DNA from: a virus | Taxonomy: Duplodnaviria; Caudoviricetes | DNA: 58,047 nucleotides | Strand: one strand, 5' to 3' | Virus record (IMG/VR): IMGVR_UViG_3300034071_002803 | Location: 1-58,047 of that record | Part shown: one piece after another, positions 37,901 through 46,022 of the stretch | Position numbering within the stretch: position 1 is the stretch's first letter | How the letters are laid out: every line of letters begins with the position of its first letter | Translations under genes and position numbers: made by a program | The notes under the pieces: model-generated | What the model saw: the letters and a program-made list of their open reading frames with translations, nothing else | The model's database searches: none | What the model was told of the DNA's origin: nothing

Positions 37901-39267
37901 ATTGGTCTTACATCACAGGGGCTGGGATCTCCTCGACATACGCGACTATCTTTACTCACAATGCGCTGGATAGAACAAGGTATTACCAATACCAGGTGGC
38001 AGCGATCAATGGGGATACTGGGGTGCAGACAGCATGGAGCGCATCAAGCAACTACGCACTACCTGGACCGACAACGGCCAATGCTCTTGACAGCAACACG
38101 ATTGAGATCAACAACTTTACGGCTGGCGTAAGGCCAGTTCCAATTCTCACGCAAAGCCAGGCAAACGTCGCAACAACGGCGCAGGGATATTCAATAGGCA
38201 CTATTGCTGTTATTACCACAGCAGTTTCCTATACATACAGTAGCGGAACTGCAAGCGGTACAACTGCAACAATACCTGCCGGATCAGTGTGGAAAAGATT
38301 CCAGGATACTAGCGGAACGCTTATTCAAGACTGGCAGCCAGGCGGCGGGATATCAATTACTACCGACAGCCTCGTCGCTGGAACAATTAGTGCTGGAGCG
38401 ATTGCCTCCGGCTCCCTGACGCTTTCTGGGCTTACTGGTGGTTCATACGCTATTCAATCAAGCAACTCTGGAACTAGAACATTTAGCGTTACGGCTGCTG
38501 GGGTCATGGTCGCAACGGGCGCAACCCTAAATTCCGTGATTATACAAAGCGCTGGCAACTCTGCTCCTGGAATTCAGATTAGCAAAAGTGCTGACGTTGG
38601 CGACATTACCGTACCGTCCAATCAGTCAATGAGCCTCGGTCACTGGAGCGGAACAGCATTCACTGAAAGGCTAAGAATTGACTCATCTGGGCAGATGCGT
38701 TTATATGACGGCTATTTTGCCATTGGCAGATCTTCTGATACATTTAAAGTGACTGCAGCTGGGGCAGTAACCAGCGGTGCGATTACAACCACTGCTGATT
38801 TAACCATAAAAAATGCAACTCCAGCGGTCATTTTTCAGAAAGCAGACGGGACCGTGCTTGGAAGTATTGGTCACGATGGAACAAACATTTCCATCACTGA
38901 CTCTACTGGGACAGGAATACTTTCTACTGGTCAAATTTCAGCTACATCGATAAGCACAAGCGGGGCAATAACGGCGACAGGGGCAGTGAACGGGTCTAAT
39001 ATCCCGGCGTATATAAGAACCGTGGCCGGAACCACAAGTACGACTCAGGTTAACGTAAACGCATTTCAAGATTTCACAATTGCCTATACGTCTGTAGGGT
39101 CAGTCCCAGACGTCGTTCTTGCCACTATATTTCACAGCTCATCGACAGAAAATGCTTGGCTTGCTACAGTTTGGACTAAATCTGCGACGCAAGCGGTTAT
39201 CCGTGTGTATAATGTGGACGCTGCAGCGTCGACGTCGTCAAGGCAAGCCTTGATACTCGCATCTTAG
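34918..39267 (+). CDS. large tail tip/central fibre protein
   Basis: 1449 aa directly after the TMP; repeated beta modules, CBM-like and FN3-like (YQYQVAAIN) domains. Confidence 0.8.
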   Translation: MNNQVRVYMQLRVDGADPLWIDISSRCEYDTMEWEKNDQGTAAILRINMFTMLPKSTTLWSGYAGATNTEKLQAAINDDKFIIPFTDHAEIQVRDASTSPQSILFSGIITRHESVKDGGYIAHSIEAADYTELLSESVVQYYYPPVDSTIQQILTANDTVFTVTTKKKTSNVVTLTLSSLTIDSPYSRTLEESDYIYVALDDVKFDGYWRISGVEPSTNKITYAMSGDDVAQSTISKSARVLSIFGSTATPRTDSRIVRTSSYIENINPNFLIRKRLSDSSVDPIFFGGRTIRQAIDSMINRTGGTYWIDSGALDPASSETGVITMTMNLHLGDTNPKNWADSDDSVFSIMSRTRVNDLVTLKLDSIALGRPYSRNLQAGDVVTVLTGTDDMDGSKTITAISSTNNTISYTSAGTNIASNTVSITGATFNSGAATTTYTAKHSFSLGQIVTITGISPSGYNKTSQAITAYTDTTFTVGVVSSGTYVSGGTATHDGYSITAVSGTGSFATYTSSNSLKEGDYISITGVTPSGYNSTLVRVYSASTTSFVTRNVTTGSATVSSAKALVLAEENGGQVTVQGMSGIFDRGNTAGYSFGTYTLEPSTGPYGAGYSAKTLAGGSGPYLLTLSAAGYVPVVAGEKWFHSVRAKSSASQKAHLYVNYYNSSKALISTVQLADHIAGGDNWELLYDVHTVPAGIAYLAPVAYTDTGSHTAYYTDFKSIKITAAFGFHEYPSPSGTTRADRPSGTTLDIDTYDFELPDAPKESGDSANTLYLYTTQTISTAGQGGLIAKNTKSTYTSVQGIWDAGGKIIEAAMADERAATLDLADIKAREYFAGLGQTIESYTFDHEQGSLEIGATVPFFWETNGVAKALIVRSQKGYLIGQDVYYNVQLGGDPKFQKNSIYLIDRQILQSTDETATTNPSTDPGVTDPGEGGKSGNLEVPTDVVAVLKPGASIEVTWAYSDEIISFTNFGGFRVRWKSKNDPAIGGTVIEDVNWSYITGAGISSTYATIFTHNALDRTRYYQYQVAAINGDTGVQTAWSASSNYALPGPTTANALDSNTIEINNFTAGVRPVPILTQSQANVATTAQGYSIGTIAVITTAVSYTYSSGTASGTTATIPAGSVWKRFQDTSGTLIQDWQPGGGISITTDSLVAGTISAGAIASGSLTLSGLTGGSYAIQSSNSGTRTFSVTAAGVMVATGATLNSVIIQSAGNSAPGIQISKSADVGDITVPSNQSMSLGHWSGTAFTERLRIDSSGQMRLYDGYFAIGRSSDTFKVTAAGAVTSGAITTTADLTIKNATPAVIFQKADGTVLGSIGHDGTNISITDSTGTGILSTGQISATSISTSGAITATGAVNGSNIPAYIRTVAGTTSTTQVNVNAFQDFTIAYTSVGSVPDVVLATIFHSSSTENAWLATVWTKSATQAVIRVYNVDAAASTSSRQALILAS

Positions 39268-39288
39268 TAGAAAGGGTAAAATCAACAA

Positions 39289-39519
39289 ATGAAACTACCA
39301 GATACTTCAGGGTATAAGTACATTGCAATTTATGATCTTAATGGCGTTCTTGAGTCAATAATTGGAATGCCAGAAGACCAGATTGGCGGATACTCAACGG
39401 GTAACGACATGCTTTTTGAGGTTTTAGATTTTTACGATCAAGCAAAGACTGCTGAATTGGCGGTCGGGAAAATTGTCAGAAGGATAGGCCCGAAGCAGTA
39501 CGAGGTACAGGATATATAG
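39289..39519 (+). CDS. small tail-fibre-associated protein
   Basis: 76-aa ORF directly after the tail tip gene. Confidence 0.6.
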   Translation: MKLPDTSGYKYIAIYDLNGVLESIIGMPEDQIGGYSTGNDMLFEVLDFYDQAKTAELAVGKIVRRIGPKQYEVQDI

Positions 39520-39680
39520 CAGAATCAAATATGATGTCGCAAAGATGATGCGTTGATCCTCGACCTCGAATCCTTGGTCGCAGAACTGGAGTCCTAGGCA
39601 GAATTAAAAACCCAGACTAAAGGTTTTATACATCCTATAATGTAGTAGCCCCAAACGGGCTTATTACATAGGAGTATAAA

Positions 39681-40331
39681 ATGCAATACAAGGTTAAATC
39701 GCAGCTTGATCACGAGGAAAAAGGCGGGATTCTTGACGACTGCGGCCCATCAAGCGTGGCTGCAGCTGTTTCTTGGGCGTTTAAGTACGCCCCAGGTAGG
39801 GACTTCTCTGCCGCTGACGGTATTGCCGCCAAGGCAAAGGCTACTGGCTTCGTAGAGAAGCAGGGCGTCAGCGACAACGGCTCAACTCTTGGCGACCTGA
39901 TTAAGACGGCAAGGGTGCTTGGGGCAGAGGCGCGATGGGCTAAGGACTGGGCTGATGTTGTTGCTTCCGCTAAGGCTGGGGCTGCAATTGGCGTCTGGGT
40001 CCAGCAGCCAATTGGCTATCCAGCTGGAGTAGAAATTAGCGCCTGGCATGCCAAGTGGTCTAAGTGGTGGGGGCCAGGCGGAAAGGGTCATGCAAAGAGC
40101 CCAAAGCACTACAAGGAGGGTTATGGCCACATGACCTCAGCTGGCTGGTGCGCAGATTGCGGCTGGCAGTGGGCTTGCCCAACCCGATCAGGTAAGGGAA
40201 AAGAGCAATTTGGCGTAAAGGTTACAGAAGAGCAGCTGAAGGCTATTGCTGACAGCAAGCGCATCTCTGGCAAGCATGTTGCACCAGCACATAAGCACGT
40301 AATAATTATTTCGGCACCAAAGTCGAAGTAG
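39681..40331 (+). CDS. peptidase C39-like protein, putative endolysin
   Basis: SQLD...DDCGPSS (catalytic Cys), GYGHM (His); next to the holin; own promoter (TATAAT near 39635). Confidence 0.65.
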   Translation: MQYKVKSQLDHEEKGGILDDCGPSSVAAAVSWAFKYAPGRDFSAADGIAAKAKATGFVEKQGVSDNGSTLGDLIKTARVLGAEARWAKDWADVVASAKAGAAIGVWVQQPIGYPAGVEISAWHAKWSKWWGPGGKGHAKSPKHYKEGYGHMTSAGWCADCGWQWACPTRSGKGKEQFGVKVTEEQLKAIADSKRISGKHVAPAHKHVIIISAPKSK

Positions 40332-40344
40332 ATAGGAGAACAAA

Positions 40345-40731
40345 ATGAGCGTAGTTGGTTCAAAGATTAAATGGGTTATGGACAATACTGGAATTGACGA
40401 GATGCTACTTGAGGCTGGTCGTGCCTTCTTGGCCACCAGCATTGCGGTTGCGCTTGGTCTTGGAATTCCACTTTTGGACATTAGCGGCGGAGACTTCCGC
40501 ACGGTTCTTTCAGCCGGTCTTGCCGCATGCCTCCAGGTTGTTGTTCGAGCGCTTAACCCAGAAGACGCTAAGTTTGGCGTTGGCAAGGCAAAGGCTGCGC
40601 GAGAAGAGGAGGCTTCGACCTCCCACATCACCGGGGCAGCCATTGACACCGATGGCGATGGCATACCAGATGAGCTTGCTGGCACCCTTGCAGAAGAGGA
40701 TGCAGCCGAGTTTATGAAGGAAAAAGATTAA
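40345..40731 (+). CDS. putative holin
   Basis: two TM segments, RAFLA...VVRALNPED.KFG pattern, acidic tail. Confidence 0.7.
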   Translation: MSVVGSKIKWVMDNTGIDEMLLEAGRAFLATSIAVALGLGIPLLDISGGDFRTVLSAGLAACLQVVVRALNPEDAKFGVGKAKAAREEEASTSHITGAAIDTDGDGIPDELAGTLAEEDAAEFMKEKD

Positions 40732-40746
40732 TAGTTTAGGCAAAAG

Positions 40747-40779
40747 AAAATCCCCCCGCTTTTGCGGGGGGATTTTTTT
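40747..40779. terminator. bidirectional intrinsic terminator
   Basis: AAAATCCCCCCGC-TTTT-GCGGGGGGATTTT between convergent genes. Confidence 0.85.
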
Positions 40780-40787
40780 ATGGTCGA

Positions 40788-40982
40788 CTATTCGTCGCCA
40801 GAGGAAATCCTCAATGGCATTGTTATCAGCCAAGCAAGAGTTAGAAGACCAAGGGTAATACCGACAAAGTTCCTGGTATCACCGTCAGGCAAAACAATCC
40901 ATCCTACAAGAAGACCAAAAATGGTCCACGACTGGCTGACAATGTCATTAACCGCTTGAACGGCTATGTCCTTCCAGTTCAT
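40788..40982 (-). CDS. small two-TM membrane protein
   Basis: WTIFGLLVGWIVLP...ITLGLLTLAWLITMP. Confidence 0.7.
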   Translation of the reverse strand: MNWKDIAVQAVNDIVSQSWTIFGLLVGWIVLPDGDTRNFVGITLGLLTLAWLITMPLRISSGDE

Positions 40983-41082
40983 TTATTGACTTCTCCTTTC
41001 TGCGCCTTAAATACAGCATAATCAAAATTGGCTGCGCTTTTGATTTGCTTCTGTATGATCGCATTTTTAAAATCTTTTTGCA

Positions 41083-42843
41083 TTACTTTCCAATTCTCCC
41101 GTTTCGTATCCTTGCGGAATTAGATCGTTTATTTGATTGGTTGCGTTGCGGTTTATTTTTTTCGCCACCGCCACCGCCACCGCTAAATCCACCACCGTTG
41201 TTATTGCTTCTACTTGCAGATGCGGCAACTGCTGCCTGCGCAATTGTTGTCATAATTACTGCTGGGCCAACAATTGCCCTGGCTTCTTCCCGTTGCTCTT
41301 CGGTGATTTCATTTCCAAGATTCGCAACGGTGTCTACAGCATCGCCAACTGCGCCAGCAACAGCGTCAACAGCCTCGCTGACTGCTTCAGAGGCGGCCTC
41401 TACGGCTGCTCCAATTGTTTCTGCGACTACACTAGCAGCTTCGCCTATATCAGGCAGAGTGGATTCGGGTTCAACAGAAGGTAAAGGGCTGGGATCAGGA
41501 GATACGGAAGGAGCCGGCGAATCACTTGGCTCCACGGTTCCTTCGGGCGTCGGCTCGGGCTCGGAAGTCGGGTCTGGGGTTGTTCCTGGTTCATTTGTCA
41601 CCTCTGGGCTTGGAGTCGGCTCTGCAGTCGGCTCTGGAGTTGGATTTGGGGTGGGATTTGGGGTCGGCTCAATAGAAGGCTCTGGCGTGGGGGTAGGAGC
41701 CACGCTGGGGCTTGGTGATGGTGTTTCTGGGGCCGGAGTAGGGGTTGGCTCAAAAGTCGGCTCTGGGGTCGACGTAGGGGTTGGTTCGGGGGTAATTGTG
41801 GGCTCTGGAGTTGGCTCAGGCTCTGGGAGCGCATAGGTGCTTAGCCAGGATTCTGGAACCAACCCGTAGCCAGATGGTCCGCCGTACCAAAGTCTTGCGC
41901 AGGCGCCACCGACCCACTCATACATCCAAATAGAAATTGGCATAGACACTCCAGCCTGAAGGGTCGTGTACCCCTCATTTGGACCAGACCAATGGCCGCC
42001 ACATCCGTGCAAGTTCCAATCAGACAAAGCCACTTCTTCGCCAATAGTCATGTACCAGCCGTCATCGGACCAGTTCAGCCACTCCCACTGACCGCTTTCT
42101 GGAACAGTAATGTATCCATAGAAATGAACAAGAAAGAAGTCTGGGTCACATCCTTCTACCGCCGGACCGCCGCCCCAATCAAAATTAATTTGCGGGACAA
42201 TTCCCGAATAGCATGGCTCACCGCTAGGCGCCGTCTCCCAAGGATGAACATTTAAATCGTTGTAATTGTTGTAAACCTCCATGACCAATCCTGGAACATT
42301 GGGAACAGCAGTTTGCTCTGGGGTTGGTGTTGGCTCTGGCGTTGGCTCGGGGGTTGGTTCTGGCGTCGGCTCTGGCGTTGGTGTCCATGTTGCAGACGGC
42401 GTACCTGGCGCAAGCTGTGCGTCAAAGTTGCTGTGTAAATAATAGTGATTTCCATAAAAGCGATCTGCAGCTGGGTCTCCGCAGCACACGCCTGCTCGAA
42501 CTCGATACTCACCAGGGTTAACGGTGACCAAAATATTTGAAGCAAGAGAATGCGTTCCAACATGCTCCGTCCACGAGTCGTCGTTTGCCGCGATGAGATT
42601 GCCCTGGTCGTCATACAGCCATAGCATCGAGTCTACAATCCCTGAGCACCAGCCAGATGTTGTGTCGTCGCACAGGTCGGTCCAGATGTGAAGAGAGCCG
42701 CCTTCTGGGACAGAAATCCAGTAATCTTTTGTTGCGTCAACATAGTATGGCTCTGCAGCGTTAGCTATACTTGCAGAAGCTGAAAAAACAGTTGTAGCCA
42801 AGATAACCCACGAGGTTATAAGGGCGCGAATTTCTGTCCTCAT
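41083..42843 (-). CDS. secreted/membrane-anchored protein: PPC-like domain, PA14 domain, Pro-Glu-Thr stalk
   Basis: signal peptide; DSMLWLYD..G.LIAANDD; INFDWGGG...FYGYI..P..G...SDDG (PA14); PEPT repeats; C-terminal hydrophobic helix. Confidence 0.8.
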   Translation of the reverse strand: MRTEIRALITSWVILATTVFSASASIANAAEPYYVDATKDYWISVPEGGSLHIWTDLCDDTTSGWCSGIVDSMLWLYDDQGNLIAANDDSWTEHVGTHSLASNILVTVNPGEYRVRAGVCCGDPAADRFYGNHYYLHSNFDAQLAPGTPSATWTPTPEPTPEPTPEPTPEPTPTPEQTAVPNVPGLVMEVYNNYNDLNVHPWETAPSGEPCYSGIVPQINFDWGGGPAVEGCDPDFFLVHFYGYITVPESGQWEWLNWSDDGWYMTIGEEVALSDWNLHGCGGHWSGPNEGYTTLQAGVSMPISIWMYEWVGGACARLWYGGPSGYGLVPESWLSTYALPEPEPTPEPTITPEPTPTSTPEPTFEPTPTPAPETPSPSPSVAPTPTPEPSIEPTPNPTPNPTPEPTAEPTPSPEVTNEPGTTPDPTSEPEPTPEGTVEPSDSPAPSVSPDPSPLPSVEPESTLPDIGEAASVVAETIGAAVEAASEAVSEAVDAVAGAVGDAVDTVANLGNEITEEQREEARAIVGPAVIMTTIAQAAVAASASRSNNNGGGFSGGGGGGEKNKPQRNQSNKRSNSARIRNGRIGK

Positions 42844-43017
42844 TCGTCCTCTCTTTTGTTCTGGAGTACAACAATGGCCGCTAGCGCAACAAACAAATGC
42901 GAATTTGATCAGCATTTGCACTCCGTCGCAATTAAACGATATATCAAAACAAGCTGGAAATCCACAAGGTTAAAATTTACAAGTGTCTATCCTTGCGGAA
43001 TATGGTAATATCTGTTT

Positions 43018-43716
43018 ATGGAGATTTTTGTACTAGCCGTTCTTTTTGGCTCTCTTTGGTTTAGCCAGTGGTTTTTTAGGAAGTTTTGGTTTCATCGGCA
43101 ATCTCTTGACATTGATGAAATAAAAAGACTTCCGGCTGATATTGTTTGCTCTCCAGTTGACGGGGTAATTGTTTACAAGAAAAGGGTTGATAACGGTCAA
43201 GCTTTTTCAATCAAGCTGAATAAACAGATTGGAGAGCCCTGGACTGGTGGCCAGAGCGGCTGGCTCATTGGGATATACATGAGTGTTTTTGACCGTCATT
43301 TTGTCATTGCGCCAACATCTGGCACAAACACTTCTCTTTACTTTAAAACCGACAAAAACTTGCCAATGATGGATCTTTTTGAGTATGTGCGGTTTTATGC
43401 ACTATCAATTACAAGCAAAAGAATGGCTGAAAACGCAGAGGAATATGTTGACAACAATGAACGCCTAAAGCTGGATTGGAGCTCTGGGATTAAAATGCTT
43501 GTAATAGGTGATGCTAATGTTAACAAGATTGACCAGGAGCCTGGCCTAGGTGACGGGGGAAGCATTTGGGCACGAGGGGACAAGCTTCTCTTTATTCGCC
43601 GTGGCAGCCAATGCGATATATTTATCCCAGACAGCGTCGGATCACCGATTAAATCAATTGCGGTTGGCAGAAAGGTAAAAGCTGGAACGCCAATTGCCGC
43701 AGGATGGAGGGGATAA
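43018..43716 (+). CDS. phosphatidylserine decarboxylase-like (pyruvoyl) protein
   Basis: N-terminal TM; CSPVDG.I, IGIYMSVFDRH..APTSG, NER, RRGSQCD autocleavage-site motif, KVKAG. Confidence 0.75.
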   Translation: MEIFVLAVLFGSLWFSQWFFRKFWFHRQSLDIDEIKRLPADIVCSPVDGVIVYKKRVDNGQAFSIKLNKQIGEPWTGGQSGWLIGIYMSVFDRHFVIAPTSGTNTSLYFKTDKNLPMMDLFEYVRFYALSITSKRMAENAEEYVDNNERLKLDWSSGIKMLVIGDANVNKIDQEPGLGDGGSIWARGDKLLFIRRGSQCDIFIPDSVGSPIKSIAVGRKVKAGTPIAAGWRG

Positions 43717-43862
43717 TGTTTAACTTGCTATTTGTGCTATTTTTTGTTTTGGGGTTTTTGCTTAGATTTGAGAGTGGAAAAATTATTTCTGTCGCGGCTG
43801 GGCTTTGCCTTGGAGTAATTGCCAATGAGATTTATAAGTTTATTGTATGGGCAATAAGATGA
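43716..43862 (+). CDS. small two-TM membrane protein (48 aa; not in ORF track)
   Basis: MFNLLFVLFFVLGFLLRFESGKIISVAAGLCLGVIANEIYKFIVWAIR; TAATG and ATGA couplings. Confidence 0.6.
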   Translation: MFNLLFVLFFVLGFLLRFESGKIISVAAGLCLGVIANEIYKFIVWAIR

Positions 43863-44752
43863 AGTCTGCGGCAATACTATCGGCAGGCTCGCCTGGCTCC
43901 ATTGCGGTAATCAAAGTATTAAAAGAATGCGGGTATAAGGTTCACGGGGTTGATATTGACCCAAGGACTCCGGCAAAAAATCTTGTTGACTCGTTTGAGC
44001 TTAAGTCAGATCTTGAGCTGCGTGGGATTGAATCGCTTCAAGGTTTTGACTTTGTCCTCTCCTCAACAATTGAAGAGTTTGAGCTAATCGAGCGATCTGG
44101 GGCAAGACATCTTCAGCCAGGGGCAAAGGTATATGAGTCGTGTAGGGATAAGCTTGCAACGGCTGGTATTGCCTCAATGCATGGAATTAATCACCCAGTA
44201 ACTAGCGCATCCTGGCCCGGAAACGGATATAGCGGATATGTTGTTAAGCCAAGATTTGGCAGGGGCTCAAAAGGTCTATACATATCCAAAAAGCCGGTTG
44301 GCGCATTTTCTCATTTTGCAGAGTCTAGCGAGCCAATGATTATTCAGGACTTTATTGAGGGAAGAGAGTTTAATGTTGACGGCATCGCGGAGGACGGCAA
44401 CGGTATTTCCTGGTTTTGCCACTATTCCGACCTTATGCGTGGCGGCATAACGACAAAAGCAGAAACATTTGAAAACAAAAACATTAACAGCCTAGTTAAA
44501 AGTATTTGCGAAAAGTTTAATCTGCACGGTCTTTTTAATATTGGCGGGATTCTTGACGACGGAGGAAAGCCTTGGCTTATAGAAATTAACCCAAGGCTTT
44601 CCCCTGGCATTGTAATTGGGCATCTTGCTGGGGCAAGGCCAGTCTCTGCCTGGGAAAGCTTTATTGCAAAATCCCCAATTTCGTCTTCAGACTACAAGGC
44701 AAAATCTGGGGTTGTGGTGAGCAGGTATTTTGAGGAAGCTGTTATTAAGTAA
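43859..44752 (+). CDS. ATP-grasp domain protein
   Basis: CRDK, VVKPRFGRGSKG, IQDFIEGREFNVD, LIEINPRL. Confidence 0.88.
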   Translation: MKSAAILSAGSPGSIAVIKVLKECGYKVHGVDIDPRTPAKNLVDSFELKSDLELRGIESLQGFDFVLSSTIEEFELIERSGARHLQPGAKVYESCRDKLATAGIASMHGINHPVTSASWPGNGYSGYVVKPRFGRGSKGLYISKKPVGAFSHFAESSEPMIIQDFIEGREFNVDGIAEDGNGISWFCHYSDLMRGGITTKAETFENKNINSLVKSICEKFNLHGLFNIGGILDDGGKPWLIEINPRLSPGIVIGHLAGARPVSAWESFIAKSPISSSDYKAKSGVVVSRYFEEAVIK

Positions 44753-45710
44753 TTGAATTAATAATCTTTTCAATTGTGCTATTTACTGGCTCCCATCCCA
44801 ATACCCTCTTTGCCAAAGAAACATCTGCCACCAGAGAGGCTGGATCTCCCTCTCTCCTATTCTTAATGACAATATTTATTAGCTCTGGGTCTCTAGCAAT
44901 TTGATTGCCAATCTCTTGGGCGGCGTCAAATACGCTGGTTCCGGTTCCGCTTCCAATGTTTATTGCAATAAATCCATCTGATTGGCTTGAATCAAAATAA
45001 TTAAGCGCCATCACATGTGCATCAGCTATGTCAGCAACATGAACGTAATCCCTAACGGCGCTTCCGTCTGGGGTATCGTAATCGTCTCCGAATACAAAAA
45101 ATTCCAAGCCGCTATCTGCAGAGCTAATCATTCTTGGAATAAGGTGGGTTTCGTTTTGGTGAAGCTCTTTTGAGACGCTAGTTGCTCCGGCTACATTAAA
45201 ATACCTAAAGGCAATTGCCTTTAAATCATTTGACACAGATGCTGCCGCGAGAAGCCCTTCAAAGGCTACTTTTGTTTCTCCGTATGGGTTAATTGGCAGC
45301 AACGGAAATTCTTCCTTGATCGGGCTTGTGTTTGGCTGGCCGTACACGGCAGCGCTAGAGGAAAAGATAAATTCCTTAATTCCGCTGTCAACCGATGCCC
45401 TTAAAAGCTCAATGCTGTCTGCAACATTTGATTTGTAATATTCAATTGGGTTTTCAACGCTATCTTTTACAAGGCTTTTTGCTGCACAGTGAACAATAGA
45501 ACTGATTCCTTCAGCCTCAATGATATTTTTAATAGCTTCATAGTCCCCATAAGAGACCGGATAAAAAGAACTTTCTGGCGCAACAAGTTCGGTAAATCCG
45601 CTAGTAAAATTATCAGCTATTACTACTTTGTGTCCCGCTTTTATTAGCGCTTCTGAAACAGCAGATCCTACATATCCAGCTCCGCCAGTAACCAAGATGG
45701 CCTTATTCAT
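44745..45710 (-). CDS. galE: UDP-glucose 4-epimerase
   Basis: TGGAGYVGS, FSSSAAVYG, NPYGETK, FRYFNVAGA, THLIP, DG..VRDYVHV. Confidence 0.93.
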   Translation of the reverse strand: MNKAILVTGGAGYVGSAVSEALIKAGHKVVIADNFTSGFTELVAPESSFYPVSYGDYEAIKNIIEAEGISSIVHCAAKSLVKDSVENPIEYYKSNVADSIELLRASVDSGIKEFIFSSSAAVYGQPNTSPIKEEFPLLPINPYGETKVAFEGLLAAASVSNDLKAIAFRYFNVAGATSVSKELHQNETHLIPRMISSADSGLEFFVFGDDYDTPDGSAVRDYVHVADIADAHVMALNYFDSSQSDGFIAINIGSGTGTSVFDAAQEIGNQIARDPELINIVIKNRREGDPASLVADVSLAKRVLGWEPVNSTIEKIINSIT

Positions 45711-45867
45711 TTTCAGAAGTTTTAATGTTTTCCCTTTTTGCCTTGTTAGACCTATTTTCTTCTATCTCTTTGGCAAGAAGCTCAATTCTTGCATTGGCAG
45801 CGTCAAGCTGTATGACAAGATATCCAATTTTTCTAAAAAGATCCTCAACCGTAATTTCTTGTGCCAT
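45703..45867 (-). CDS. small coiled-coil protein (54 aa; not in ORF track)
   Basis: MAQEITVEDLFRKIGYLVIQLDAANARIELLAKEIE...; GAGGGG RBS. Confidence 0.6.
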   Translation of the reverse strand: MAQEITVEDLFRKIGYLVIQLDAANARIELLAKEIEENRSNKAKRENIKTSENE

Positions 45868-45872
45868 GTTAT

Positions 45873-46013
45873 TCATTCCCCCTCAATAGTTGTTTCTGGC
45901 GCTGGTGGGTTTGGATCAGTAAATACTCCATCAACAAGGACCCACCCAATTTGAACTGGGTCTTCCAGCCCTATCTTTGCAAGCAACTGCTCTACCGTGA
46001 TCTGTCCGTCCAT
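45873..46013 (-). CDS. small protein (46 aa; not in ORF track)
   Basis: MDGQITVEQLLAKIGLEDPVQIGWVLVDGVFTDP...; GAGGAG RBS. Confidence 0.6.
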   Translation of the reverse strand: MDGQITVEQLLAKIGLEDPVQIGWVLVDGVFTDPNPPAPETTIEGE

Positions 46014-46022
46014 GGCTCCTCC

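Noticed and set aside
39544-39597. DDALILDLESLVAELES* fragment resembling a fibre C-terminal coiled coil
   Set aside because: Only 17 codons with an in-frame stop just upstream; possibly a remnant but unsupportable
41045-41836. 263-aa plus-strand Gly/Ser/Val-rich ORF
   Set aside because: Antisense shadow of the PEPT repeat gene
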